Source: Aplysia californica
Lineage: Eukaryota
Assembly (NCBI RefSeq): GCF_000002075.1
Contig: NW_004799038.1
Span: 14,277 to 66,680 of the forward strand
Direction: 5' to 3'
DNA: 52,404 bases
The position numbers and the translations under genes were made by a program. Below are positions 11,727 through 24,774 of this stretch, piece after piece. Under the pieces are notes generated by a model that was given only the letters and a program-made list of their open reading frames with translations, was not told where the DNA came from and searched no databases. Numbering within the stretch: the stretch's first letter is position 1; each line of letters begins with the position of its first letter.

Positions 11727-12224
11727 GAATGTCTTACCTGGCGGTTGTTTCAGTACCTGATACATATATGTACTAATGTCCTGTCTTGTTGTGTGCATGC
11801 GTGAGTGTACCTAGCCTTTGTAACGTCTACTGCCATTGTAAACGACCAGGACAAGTTTCTCCCTGCAAGATGAATAAAGATTGTCATTGTCATTGTCATT
11901 GTCATTGTCATTAAATTGATATTATCTTCTGCACTAGGATGCGGATTGAAACAAGTAACAAGACTTTCACTACTACTGCTCCCATGACAAGAGTGTATAC
12001 CCCCCCTCTCCCCCATATGCCCTATTGTTAAGATAGTTCGTTTTGATCTGACTCTGATAAATGAGTTTCCTATATACCTATTTCATCTAGCTTTTCAGAT
12101 CGGAAAATTTTGAAAATTGCTGATCGTTTCTTGTGATTTTTAAATCCCTGTGCATTTAGTTTTCCTATTTTGAGTGGTTCCTCCTTGGCTTCTTCTGCGG
12201 TCTTTCAGCCACACCCATTATGGT

Positions 12225-12450
12225 AGGTAAGATCTATACCTAGCCTTCTCGGATAAGGGCGAAAAATCTCGGAAGTGCCGTGTGCAAGTTGAGGACGTTA
12301 GAGATCCCTTAGTGGTCCAAAATCGATAAGCGTAAGCTTTGGCCGCCATCCCGACAAAAATCAAAATTATTTATCAACTGAAAATGTTTGAACGTGTCCT
12401 GTACGCTCATATGACCAAATATAGTTGCGAGTGCCGTAAAAAAAAACTTT
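12225..12450 (+). mobile_element. SINE fragment with Nin/Deu-like core and LINE-derived tail (paralogs about 24305-24530, 29778-30000, 42845-43070)
   Basis: gccttctcggataagggcg...gacgttagagatccc resembles the Nin/Deu domain as recalled. It ends in cgctcatatgacc...gttgcgagtgccgtaaaa plus poly-A. Confidence 0.55.
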
Positions 12451-12690
12451 TAAAAATTAGTGCAAACTCGAATTACCCGCCATGTCGATGTTCGTTTTCG
12501 AAGTCCCACTGTACAAGCATTGTCGTCATCCTGGTCCCTCCATCCTCAATGCTATGAGCGCCGAGATGTTGGCGCCTTATACTTGGGACTCTGAGGCTCC
12601 GCCATCTTCCTATTGCTGGACAGCTGTGGTTGCCCTGAGGAATGAAGTTCTTGGCGCGTGGACTGTACCTGGCTACCACGATAACCCTTA

Positions 12691-13420
12691 GGCCGGTCCC
12701 AGAGTGGCACAAAACCGTGCAAATGAATGTATACATTATCGTGTGCTTAAGCAGCGTCGCTGTGTCGTCTGTTTTTTGTCAGCTGAGCTGCGCAATGCGT
12801 CAGACGTGCTATTCAACAGTGTTGTAAAAATGGCGGACATGTGTCGCCTCGCTTCGTGTTTATTTTCGACTGAAACTCTTCACAGATCATCAAAATCAAC
12901 AAGAAGTATTATTAGGTTCTTTACTATTAAATATATTGATGCTAGCATCACCACTCGGCCACATAATCACCAAGAAATGCACTTTATCATACTTTGAAAC
13001 TTCGAATCGAGAGGTTGACCTAGTTTCGACTGTTGCCGTCGGCCTATGCCTAGATCTAGGTGTGCATCTCTAGCCTTGCATTGTAACCAATGTAAACTAT
13101 CGCCGCGCGCAGCTGCAAGTGTGTTTGTGTGTGTGTGTGTGTGTGGGTGGGTCTGCACTTGGCACATGACGTAAAGAAGAGTTGTCCCGTCTTGGTATAG
13201 TTGTTCTTGGATTACACCGTACCTAAATATAGCAAGGCAGACCCGTCAGTTGCACACCTACACACGTCAATACACAGTGCGGCTGTGCTGACACACAGCG
13301 AGTGTGCCTCGCGCTCGCTGAGACACAGGCGCCAACACACAGTGCGGCTGTGCTGACACGCACACGGCGTGCGCCAGGCCAGCTACAGGTCAGACCTACA
13401 GAGCCACTCTGGGACCGGCC
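12691..13420. mobile_element. PIF/Harbinger-type MITE, 730 bp
   Basis: Perfect 18-bp TIR GGCCGGTCCCAGAGTGGC and TTA TSD. The empty site acccttactg is at 43311-43320. Confidence 0.9.
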
Positions 13421-13654
13421 TTACTGTCTTCGGCGAAACTAGAAATCATCTGCCTCTGCCGACCTTTTCAATGTTTTTTTCCCCTCCTCCCCTTCTCCAC
13501 TGTTTAAAACTTACTGTTTGAATTTCGATCAGAGTCAGATGGGTGTTCTAAATCCAATGGGCTCACCTCTGACCTGTTGGAGTTACGTGGTTCACATACA
13601 CGGGTACAGTGTCCACTCAAAGACTCGGTATCATCGTCAGGGATGCTGGGTGGT

Positions 13655-14062
13655 CGTTGTTGTTGTTGTTGTTAGCGATCCAGTAGCATCTGAGCGTTAA
13701 CTCTTCTGCATGATGCCATTCGGTAATAGTTGCATGTCTGTTCTAATTGTTGTCTTGAGGAGTAGAGGCAGTAAGATGTGTGGGGTAGCTTGGGAAGAAA
13801 ACATCCCCTTAAATCAGTTAGTTTTCTACAGAAGAACAGATGATGTTCCACTGTCTCTGAGGGGTAGTCACATAGTGGGCAGGCAGCAGACTGCTTTACT
13901 CCATACATGTATTAAGCACGCACTTATCGGAGAGCCCTATGACTGCGGAGAAGGTGCAGAGACCAATTGCGTCTTGCTTGTTGACAACATTTACCCTCTG
14001 GGATCTGCCATGCCTTCCCCTGCCCCCATCTCTCGGATGAGTGGACTTGGTTGCTCTGGTAG
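13655..14062 (-). mobile_element. 5'-truncated LINE 3' end with CCHC zinc knuckle (paralogs about 25738-26148, 30482-30897, 43545-43962)
   Basis: The minus-strand ORF CPLCDYPSETVEHHLFFC is followed by a stop and a (CAA)n tail. Confidence 0.75.
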
Positions 14063-14879
14063 GAGGGGGGAAATCTAGCTTCCAATGGGTATTATTATTA
14101 CTATTAGTATTATTATTATTATTATATTATAATTTTTGTATTTCAGCAACACACAGCAACTATGCTCTTAATAGTGTCTTTCTCTTCTTTATCTCCTCAA
14201 ACAACTTCTCAATATAATACAACAGACACCAACATACCCATTAATTTTTCTTACGATCTCTCTGTGATGGAGTTGGGTTTTTGTTTGTGGCATTGCACCT
14301 ACAGCCACTGCTTTATCTCCTACCCCGGGATGGAAGGAAAATCACAGAACCACCAGTTTTAAATGCTATTCACAAATGCTGGGTGGTCCTAACTGACGTC
14401 ATGGGAGGTGACCTCCTCATGGCAAGAGCCCGCATCCGTCGCCACTGACTCCTCGACAGACCTACAGACTATCTGGCACTGAGGATCCCCTCTGCCATGT
14501 CCTTCTTTGCCCCACTCAAAACAGGCAAGGACCAGCTTAGACTGCTCTCTGAAGTACAGATTGGCCATAAATGAGCCAACTTGCAGCCTGTTAGAAAGAG
14601 GGGGAGACGGCAGATCTATCCATGCAAATCTGCACCCTGTCACTCACTGGTCAGTGTACCCTCCTTGTCCCGGGCTCCCCCCCCCCCCCCCCACAGAAGT
14701 TGTGACCGGAACTTGACACCAGCCTTGCGAGGTGACCTTCTAGGTTGGGCTGGTCACGGAGACCTGGAGACCATCATTGGTGAGGCAAGTCGTTGGCACC
14801 TCATTGCCCTGGTTGTCCCTGACGACAAGAGGCTTCTGGGATTTTCAAAGAAACTCCGGGGGGTGGGGGGGGGGGGGGG

Positions 14880-14965
14880 GGCTCTCGTGGTCTAGAGGTT
14901 CAGGTGTTCACCTCTCATTCTATAGCTGCCGGGTTCGAATCCGGATAGCGACGGAAATTTTTCTT
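14880..14965 (+). mobile_element. tRNA-like SINE head (paralogs about 26958, 31716, 44781)
   Basis: A box tggtctagagg and B box ggttcgaatcc, but no intact cloverleaf. Confidence 0.6.
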
Positions 14966-16206
14966 CTCTAAAATGTTCTCCTTTCACATCCTTTCCAGCT
15001 GTCTGACAATGCTGTGTCGTCTGATTTCGTCTCCACTTTCTGCCCCCACCCCTGGACCTCCTTTGCCCCCTCCTTTGGGCTCCGGACTCTTTCTGCAGCC
15101 TTTCTACTTTCTATAACCTTATGCAGTTGCGAGCGCCGTAAAACACTTACAAAAAACAACAACAACCACAAAACAACAACCACAAAAAACAACAACAAAA
15201 CAACAACAACAACAGCAACAACAAAAACTCCCTTACCTCTGAAGGTGAACGCCGCAGAGACAAGTTTCGCCCGGATCGCTGTGTTAGCGGGATGTAGTCG
15301 CCAGATTGTCCCCAGATCCTGGCCACCAACAATACCCCCACCCCCCGCACCCGCACCCCACCAGCCGTTCTGACGCCTCATAGATCTCGACGTGGGCGAC
15401 ATCCCCCGGCACTTCCTGCCGCCGTAGAAAAAAACAACAACTAGGGGGGAGGGGTTGGGAGGGAGGGGGGGGGGATATCTCCACGGATTGTAAATGTCAA
15501 AAAAACATTGGGGAATGGTAGATAAACTTTTTCCAAACAACGACGAAATAAATAAAAGGATAAAACTAAAATGGCATAAAAAGGAAAGAATGAAATGGGA
15601 AAGAATAAAAAAACCGCATACAACAAGTACAAGGGCACCATAGAGTTACCTTCTTTTAAACCTATAGTGTTCTTGTAAGAGTTTTACGGCACTTGCAGCA
15701 CAATAAGGTCATATAAGTGCCGAAGATTAGAGGTGTTACGAGAGAGTAACAAACATTAAAAAGAAGGAGGGGAGATAGGGACGATATATTTTTTATAGGA
15801 AAGAAGGAGTGTATATCTATGAAGGGCGCTCACACACATACAGCACACACACACAGACAAAGTCTCGATAACAAGAAGGTACACTCACAGCCCGAACAAC
15901 GCCGCACCACCAAACACAAACTAAACTACAACAATGTATATGGCTCACTTCACTGACACAATCTGTGGCTTACTTGAAACTTGCAGCAGTGTGGTCGAGA
16001 ACAGAAATAAGAAAAGTACAGTCTTCTTCTCGATCGCATCACACTTGAAGTCTGGTATCTGTCATAAATTGGGCCGTCCTGCTCAGTTCATCTGTCGGCC
16101 CGTATAGCTTCTCTTGCAGCGTCAGTGGGGTTGGCCACGTTTCCGGTCTTAGGGCCCTGTGTGTCTTGCAGTGCTGAAGGATGTGTTAAAAGTACAGTGT
16201 CGCAGC

Positions 16207-16473
16207 AGAAAGACCCAGGCTGAGAGGAATATAATGTGACTGTAGAAAGACCTGGGCTGAGAGGAATACGATGTAACGGCAGAAAGACCCGGGCTGAGAG
16301 GAATATAGTGTGACTGTAGAAAGACCCGGGCTGAGAGGAATATAATGTGACTGTAGAAAGACCCGGGCTGAGAGGAATATAATGTGACTGTAGAAAGACC
16401 CGGGCTGAGAGGAATATAATGTGACTGTAGAAAGACCCGGGCTGAGAGGAATATAATGTGACTGTAGAAAGAC
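16207..16473. repeat. 37-bp minisatellite, 7 full units (AGAAAGACCCGGGCTGAGAGGAATATAATGTGACTGT)
   Basis: Units start at 16207, 16244, 16281, 16318, 16355, 16392 and 16429, with no spacers. Confidence 0.95.
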
Positions 16474-18016
16474 CGAAATACTCGACGATAACCAATCCTC
16501 TCCACACGGGACTCGAACTTGTGTCTTCTACGTGTAACGGTGAGCACCATGACGTCACACCACAGACGCCGGTGACCTTTCTGTGTATTGTGACTGGATG
16601 AAAACCTTGTCTAAATACACCGACATACATTTTTCGTCGAGTATCTCTGCCTGTAATATTTAAAGAAGTTCAAAGTTTTTACGCCTGAAACGACACAATA
16701 AGGGAAGCGTGCATGGCGCTCGCCGTCACACGTAGAAGACACCTGTTTGAGTCCCGTGTGGAGAGGATTGGTTATCGAGTATCTCAGTCTTTCTACAGTC
16801 ACATTATATTCCTCTTAGCCCGGGTCTTTCAACAGTCACATTATATTCCTCTCAGCCCGGGTCTTTCTGAAGTCACATTACTAAAATGAGTTACTCCTCG
16901 GATTCGAGCCCTATGGAAATAATACGTCACGATCATAGGTGAAGTTTTTACAATTTACAAACATGAAATAATAAAGGGCTTGTGATATTTACAGAATATG
17001 GCATCAATAGAAAATGTACAAATTTGACGCTAGTGTCGATTTTTGGCGAATGTCTCCATTTGTGGATTGCGAGAAGTAACTCATTTTTTTTTATCAGAAC
17101 GTCTCATAGGCTTTGAACATCTGGCTCTCACTAACTAAACAGAAGGCAAACGAGGCAGGGGTAGTTTTGAGCTCTGAACCAGTGTCTGTGGTGTAGCGAG
17201 TAGACCATCACTCGCAGAAAACGAGAGAAAGACCGGGGTACGCGATAACAATTTTAATGAATCCTCTCCACGTGAGAGTCAAACATGTACCGCAACAATT
17301 GTATAACTCCCATTATCGAGAAAGTCAGCAAACTGAAGCGAACAAACCTTCTGACATACACGCCCTTTTAGTCCGAACAGGAAAGACAACTTTTCGTCAT
17401 AAATCATCTTTAAAAAACTACCAAGTGTACATAAATCCATGGCCTACCTAAAAAATTCATTTTGGAAAACTCAAACTGAAAGCCTGTTTCCCTCATCCCC
17501 CTCTGACTGCACTTCGACACCCCAACCCCCACCTAATCTTTTTTTTTCACCCTGCCCAATTCTATCATCTGGCGCTATTGTGTTTAGTAATAACAATCAA
17601 CTGTGCAGCATTTTGGGTTTTTGAACTCCCGCCTAATTTTGACATCCTCCTTATTCGCACTAGAGCAGTAACACCCACATCCTCACCTCCGATTAACCCA
17701 TGTACCACACCTCAAAACCATCCTTGTCAAAAACCTTGACGTAAAACATGCGCTTATATGAAAGTGACCAACGTTGAAGAAGGCCTCCGTTAAAAGAAAA
17801 AAAAATCTTTTTTCTCAGCATCACCTGTGAAGCGGAAAACGTCATTTACCTCATCTCATGCAAAGTCTGTCCTGCCCAATCTGTCTGTCAAACTACCACA
17901 ACACTGAGAGCGAGATTCAATAACTGTAGGTATTCAGTACAGAAACCTGCACACCTGTCGGCCAACATTTCAACAGTCCCGGTCACAATGGACCCTTTGA
18001 TCTGCAGCCTCATGGT

Positions 18017-18845
18017 CTGTGGCGGTGGGTGGACCAAGATTTGGGTGGGGCTTAGCCAGGTTTCTTCCACTTCTTTACCACCAAAAAGCAAGCAATAAGA
18101 ACAAAACAGTGATGATTTTTCTATACTCACGGCGAGCCACGGCAGTTTGAGAACCATTCAAACGAGAAGAGTCACCTTTGTCTTCCATCTCTTTGTTCTT
18201 AGTTAAATTTAAGCTCTTCTGGATGGTGGGGACGAAGCCGTTTCACCTCCAAATTTCTCTAATTAGTTTTAATCTAGAGAACAAGATGCCTCAAAAGTGG
18301 TTTGATGTAATTAATAGCTGTTAAATCTCAGAGGGACAAACACACAGCGCTCCAAACACATACCGTCTATGAGGTGGATTGGGTCGTGTTGTTGCGGAAA
18401 ATAGAACGCGCCTAACAAAGGCCCAATGGGCGCATAGGTATCTGTGTCACTGGGGGGAAGGTGTGTCGTTAACTTTCACCCCATTGTCAGGACTGGGAGA
18501 GCGTGAGCCCGCTGTGCAGTGTTATTTAAAAAAAAAGTCTTCTACCTTTTTACAAGAAGAGTTCCATTAAAGACGGGCGTGGGAACTGGCTTATTCTTTC
18601 TGAGCCCTAACGACATTTGATTGGCTGTTAGGTTACTATAGTTGTAAGCGGTGACAACAATGATTGGATAAACGGGCAAGCCGCCAAGCTGATAACTGTG
18701 TGTTCGTTGTGTGCGACCATAACGGTTTCAACTGCTCATTTCGTTATTTAAGAAACTTTCATTAACTAAGAGATAGAGTTGGGGTGGGGAGGGGGTGGGG
18801 GTGAGGGGCTCAAGCCCGTAAGCCCTTCACTACTCATCGCCACTG
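18017..18845. mobile_element. Independent, inverted insertion of the same hAT family
   Basis: 8-bp TSD CTCATGGT (18009-18016, 18846-18853); the empty site gcagcctcatggtattg is at about 35095-35111. Reverse-complement similar to 10886-11648. Confidence 0.88.
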
Positions 18846-19119
18846 CTCATGGTATTGAAATAGTCCAAAGTCCTACTTAAGATAAGCTCAATCGAATAGA
18901 ATCAATGTGGATTTGGAATTTGTGGTCTCACCAAATTCTCTCTGGCTTAAACGTCGACGAGTCACATTTCAAAAGCTTTAAATTCACCACGTAAAGTACT
19001 ACTCACCCCTTGCATTCCAGTAACGCCCTCCCTTTGCTCCTGCCATTCCGTAATATTCATTACTCCATGCACATAGTTCCTGTTCAACTATCTGGCTATT
19101 TTATTAATACTTACGATGT

Positions 19120-19174
<55 letters not shown>
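19120..19174. repeat. (TAC)n microsatellite
   Basis: Direct inspection. The paralogous position in the C-D spacer is an N gap (35364-35555). Confidence 0.95.
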
Positions 19175-19393
19175 GTAATCATTGGTTTATCATTCTCTCT
19201 TCATTCTCTTTCGACTTGTCTTCTCTTCCTGATTTACTTTATTTTTTAGCTTCTTATATCAAGCGGATTTCATGAGTGTTTCTGTGTGTTCACTCGTCTC
19301 TTCGCTTGCTTGTATTTTGTTGCTCTCAGCCCGGGTAAACCTTGACAGGCAGAGTTGAAGCCCGCCTCCTATATTATTTAAACATATTTTGTC

Positions 19394-19745
19394 GGTGGCA
19401 CCTGTAGTCCAGAGGTTAGACTGCTTAACTTGTGATCGTGAGGTTGCGAGTCGGGAGTTCGAGCCTCAGGCCCGATGTTGTGTCTTTTGGAACGGTACTT
19501 AACACGAATATTCCTCACTTCACACAAGTGTGAATGGGTACCCAGCCACAGACAGCGAAAGATCTTGACAGTGTGTTGGCCTTTAGCGCCTATAAAACGA
19601 CAGCTTACAAAGAATGCTCCTCAGGAAGTTGAGATTATTTTAGAATGCTATAATGTTTGCTTGGGTGATAACGTAGATTGTGAAGCGAACAGAGCTTGTG
19701 AATGAGCGGGAATTCAAGGGATACAAAAATTTTATACATATAATA
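19394..19745 (+). mobile_element. tRNA-derived SINE (same family and insertion as 1139-1495), upstream of copy B
   Basis: A and B boxes and core as above, with shared flanks. Confidence 0.75.
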
Positions 19746-20859
19746 TTACTATTGAAAACATTTAAATGTCTTAGAAAGCGCAGAAAAGTCCAGCAAAGCA
19801 AGACAAACTCCTAAAGATTAGACACACGAGAGGCTGTTTGCATCAACAGGATTGGTAATTAAAGGTAAATCATCATCATCAAGTGCAATATCTGCGGCAG
19901 ACATCGGCGATCATGGTTCTCCGTTTATTCCTTTGCTTGGATGCTCTTAAAAAAAGCTACGTTTCCCTGATCTTTCCCTGTAATCTATCTGTTTAGGTTC
20001 TCCAAGTAGGTTCCTCTGGGCCTACCCCTGCCTCGTTTGCCTTCAATGTTGCAAGTCATAGCTAGATGTTCAAGACCCTTATGTCTATTCAGGTGTCCCC
20101 AAAACTGCATTAGTCTTTTCCTGATTGTTTTTATCAGTGGGTGTCCCACGTTGGCTTCATCAAGCAGTTCCTCAATTTGATTTCTTTTCCTTCCAAGATA
20201 TAAAGGCAAATAAATAATGATAATGATGACGTGAGCTCAGATCGATGAACGAACAAGCGGTGTGTTTGTCATGACCCCTGTGGGTCGACTTGATAATTTA
20301 CTGACAAACAAGTTAGAACACCCTTCTGTAGGATGCCAACTGTCGTCTCATGATAAGCTGCTCAAGAGAAAAAAATCGGTATTGTATTTTGAAACTGACA
20401 AACTAAGGCACAAATTACCCCTTTTAACTGAAGATCGATATTGTAACTACTATGACTGTGACATTTAGATCTTTCTAATTCTGTGACAAATGTTTCCTCA
20501 AATGATTAAAATAATGGTTATAATAGACTTCATCTCTGTTTCTTTGCATAAATTTACAAATCCAACAACTCAAGTCTTATTAAACATATTTGAATAAAAA
20601 TTTATAGATTTAATAGATATTATTAGAACAATTATCAACACGTTCTTGTTCTACAATTGTAGTGTTGTAATTGTCATCTTCAACAAAAATAGCTGTCATA
20701 ATGGTAAAGTAGATTGCAGGAACACAAAGACAGAACGATGTAAAATATTCATTCTTTATGTCTTGGAGAGAGCTTCGGTTTCCTTTGTACTGAGTGTATA
20801 AATCAAGGTCTGTGCCTGAAATAGGGGAGGAGCCTAGCGCTAAAGTAACTGTGGTGTCG

Positions 20860-22706
20860 ATGTCCCACACGTCTCTCCCACCCAGAATGTCGATTTCACA
20901 TTTGTTGGGAAACAACTCAACTTACTCTCTCAAAGAGAGCGTGAACTTGCCAATAACCACGCCATCAACCTGGGTACAATATGCACAAATCGTAAGCGAC
21001 GAGCAGTGGTACATTTTCCAAGTGGTCAACGCGGTGGTCATCGCTGGTCTTCTCAGTCTGTTCGGCGTGGCCTCCAACATCATCAACATTGTGGTGTTTG
21101 CCAAGCAAGGCTTTCAGGACAGCATGAACATCAGCCTCATGGGTGAGATGGCAATTATCATATCTATAGTTTCTTACAACTAATGTGTCTTTACAACAGT
21201 CTTGTAATAGAACATAACTCATGTAAGTGTTGGGAAATAATAGACATAAGATTAAATAAATATAGCACACAGCACATTTACATTCTGTCGTAAAGCTGCT
21301 CTCCTACTCAAAGCCTAGAAATCATTTTCTATTTATTCAGAGGAGAGGGAAAAATAGTGCCCTTTTTTGAAATTGCACCCTCATTGTGTATCCTTTTTTG
21401 GCTTTTTAAAGATTTACAATTTGAATTTCAATAAAGTATTTCTCAAGAACATGCGCCGATGAATAACAAAATGCAATTTAAAAAAAAGATTCAAAATTGT
21501 TGGGCTTGGTAATCTGAATCACTATTGGAAATACCTTCCTCTCTCATGTACTCTACACTAGTGAATACTAAACTGTTTGTTTTGTTTTTATTTGTGTTTT
21601 TACCAAGGACTACTATANNNNNNNNNNNNNNNNNNNNNNNNNNNNNNNNNNNNNNNNNNNNNNNNNNNNNNNNNNNNNNNNNNNNNNNNNNNNNNNNNNN
21701 NNNNNNNNNNNNNNNNNCAGACACCATTGCTGCAGCGAAGGACAGGGTGAAGTGGAGGTCCATGGTCGCCCACGCCAGTCGGCAAGGCACCGGATGATGA
21801 TGACTATACTCATATAGTAGTCCTTGGTTTTTACATAACTATATGAAGTATGTTTTTCCATCCCTTAAACTGTTTATCATTTCAGGGCTCGCTGTGGCTG
21901 ACCTTTGCTCCCTGGTGACCATGATATGGATAAGCATCTGTATGAACCCTCTCTTCTATTTTTCTGAGTTGCCTTTTGACTCAACGGATATCTTGTACCT
22001 CACGGGGTCCACGCCGCACGTACTCTTTGTCAAAATCGCCACTTTTATCACCGCCTTCATCACCTTCGAACGATGTCTGTGTATCGCTGTCCCTCTGAAG
22101 GTGAAGACGATCATCACACCGAGAAGGACAAAGACAATTATTATCTCCATCTACATTACAATACCCATTTTGATTATCCCCTTCATCCTTGGCCACAGAT
22201 TTGAGTGGGTTTTCGATTTCACCAGGAATGCCACTATACTAAGATCTACCTACACGGCTGACAGAGAAATGCTAGAAGCCATTACGTTTCTCGCCCTAGG
22301 AGTATTTGCTACGACATTTTCCTTCGTCTTCGTCATCTGCTGTACCATCGTTCTCATCGTCAAACTCAACAGTAAAACAAAATGGCGGCAGGCCACTGCA
22401 GCCAAGTCTGATCGTGCAGCGGAAGGAGTTGGGGTCAAAGATCAAAAGGTTGTGAAAATGGTGACCTTGATCGCTGTCATTTTCATCGTCTGCGCCGTAC
22501 CCCCCACGCTTCTGTTTTTCTATATGGCGATTGACCCAAGTTTCCGTTTTTTTGGCGTCTATAAAAATCTCTATCTTATCTTTTGGACTTCATCATTTCT
22601 GACAGAAACTGTCAACTCTAGCGTGAATATATTTGTGTATCTGAAAATGAGTTCGAAATATCGAGCAGTGTTTATGAAAACTTTTTGGAACAAGGAGGAA
22701 AAATAA
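20860..22706 (+). CDS. Receptor copy B: two-exon 7TM GPCR; exons 20860-21142 and 21886-22706, 367 aa
   Basis: Same exon sizes (283/821 bp) and phase-1 junction as copy A, with an open frame. The intron contains a 100-N gap (21618-21717), so the exon pairing is assumed from scaffold order. Confidence 0.85.
21718..21802 (+). mobile_element. 3' end of an RTE-clade LINE inserted in the intron of copy B
   Basis: Encodes AAKDRVKWRSMVAHASRQGTG*, followed by a (TGA)n tail and the target duplication ACTATACTC. The rest is in the gap. Confidence 0.8.
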
Positions 22707-22848
22707 CTTTTCAGCTGCAGAGAAGAGGAAAATTATCTACTTGAAAAAAACCCCCGAATAAATATCAATCCTATAAAATAAGACAAGATTGACTGTATTA
22801 TTACCTTTATTGTCTAGATATTGGCGCATTGATCATGGTGTTTCACGA

Positions 22849-22851
<3 letters not shown>

Positions 22852-22895
<44 letters not shown>

Positions 22896-22906
22896 ACACA
22901 CACACA
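22852..22906. repeat. (CA)n microsatellite about 150 bp 3' of the receptor stop (also 28322-28386, 41353-41424, 46335-46405; gap in copy A)
   Basis: Direct inspection; same relative position in every copy. Confidence 0.95.
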
Positions 22907-22976
22907 AACACGCAAGAGCGCACCTATACACACATAGTCTCTTACACATCCTCTCTTCCAAGTACATTACACTTAC

Positions 22977-23727
22977 CAGTGGCGGTGAGTAGTGAAGGGC
23001 TCCCAGGCTTAAGCCCCCCCCCCAATTCTATCACAAAGTCATGTGAGTTTAACTAAGGAAATCAGCAGTCAAAACTGTTTGGATAGCTTGCAATGAACGT
23101 AGAGTGATCAACTTGGCGGCTTGCTCGTTTATCCAATCACTGTTGTCCCCGCTTACAACTATAGTAACCTAACAGCCAATCAAATTTCAGTAGGGCTCAG
23201 CCCAGGATGAGCCCATTCCCACGCCACTTTTGTAATGAAACTCTCCTTACAGAAAGTAAAAGACAGGAAAAAATAACATTCTACTGAAGGCTCATGCTCT
23301 CCTAGCCCTGACAATGGGGGTGAAAGTTTACGACACACTTTCCTCCAGGGACACAGATACTTACGCTCTCAATTGGACCGTTGTTAGGTACGTCCTACTT
23401 TCCGCGACTACACAGCCTAATCCAGTTCATAGACAGAATATGTTTGAAGTGCTGTGTGTGCATGGTTGTGCTTGTGCGCTGAGATTTAACAGTTACAAAT
23501 CACGTCGATTCCACTTTTATGCCAGCTTTTTCATTCAGAAAAATCTAACTTAAAACAAAGAGATGGAAGAGAAAGGTGACCCTTCTCGTTTGGATGGTTC
23601 TCAGAATGCCGTGGCTCACGTGATTATAGAGAAATCAGCACTCTTTAGGTCTTATTGCATGTTATTTGGTGGAAAGGACTGGATTTGCTGAAGCCCCACC
23701 CAAACTTTGGTTCACCCACCGCCACAG
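22977..23727. mobile_element. Non-autonomous hAT element downstream of copy B
   Basis: Perfect 8-bp TSD ACACTTAC and CAGTGGCG terminus. Confidence 0.85.
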
Positions 23728-24774
23728 ACACTTACACAATGGGGAGGGGGGGGGGGTTCTTGTGGTCGAGAGGTTACAGACAGACAGACAGACAGACAGA
23801 GCATGTCTTACCTAGCGGTTGTTTCAGTACCTGATACATATATGTACTAATGTCCTGTCTTGTTGTGTGCATGCGTGAGTGTACATAACCTTTGTAACGT
23901 CTGCTGCCATTGTAAACGACCAGGACAAGTTTCTCCCTGCAAGATGAATAAAGATTGTCACTGTCATTGTCATTGTCATTGTCATTGTCATTAAATTGAT
24001 ATTATCTTCAGCACTAGGATGCGGATTGAAACAAGTAACAAGACTTTCACTACTACTGCTCCCATGACAAGAGTGTATACCCCCCCTCTCCCCCATATGC
24101 CATATTGTTAAGATAGTTCGTTTTGATCTGACTCTGATAAAAGAATTTCCTATATACCTATTTAATCTAGCTTTTCAGATCGGAAATTTTTGAAAATTGC
24201 TGATCGTTTCTTGTGATTTTTAAATCCCTGTGCATTTAGTTTTCCTATTTTGAGTGGTTCCTCCTTGGCTTCCTCTGCTGTCTTCCAGCCACACCGATAA
24301 TATTACGGTAGGTAAGATCTACACCTAGCCTTCTCGGATAAGGGCGAAAAATCTCGGAAGTGCCGTGTGCAAGTTGAGGACGTTAGAGATCCCTTAGTGG
24401 TCCAAAATCGATAAGCGTAAGCTTTGGCCGCCATCCCGACAAAAATCAAAATTATTTATCAACTGAAAATGTTTGAACGTGTCCTGTACGCTCATATGAC
24501 CAAATATAGTTTCGAGTGCCGTAAAAAAAACTTTTAAAAATTAGTGCAGACTCGAATTACTCGCCATGTCGATGTTCGTTTTCGAAGTCCCACTGTACAA
24601 GCATTGTCGTCATCCTGGTCCCTCCATCCTCAATGCTATGAGCGCCGAGATGTTGGCGCCTTATACTTGGGACTCTGAGGCTCCGCCATCTTCCTATTGC
24701 TGGACAGCTGTGGTTGCCCAGAGGAATGAAGTTCTTGGCGCGTGGACTGTACCTGGCTACCACGATAACCCTTA

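Noticed and set aside
11750-14643. Short ORFs conserved in four copies (for example MGERGGIHSCH..., MLLIVSFSSL..., MTGCRFAW...)
   Set aside because: The recurrence reflects recent duplication of the whole unit. They have no recognisable domains apart from the LINE zinc knuckle.
14880-14965. Functional tRNA genes (also about 948-1020, 1141-1215, 17181-17240)
   Set aside because: A and B boxes are present, but acceptor and anticodon stems do not pair and the sequences continue into repeat bodies. They are SINE heads.
16207-16473. CRISPR-like array (37-bp repeats; also 32709 and 47150)
   Set aside because: Units are contiguous with no unique spacers, there are no cas genes, and the context is eukaryotic. 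These are minisatellites.
16207-16473. Tandem hammerhead ribozymes (CTGAGAG...GAAA)
   Set aside because: The core is CUGAGAG rather than CUGANGA, and no stem II or cleavage-site helix could be formed.
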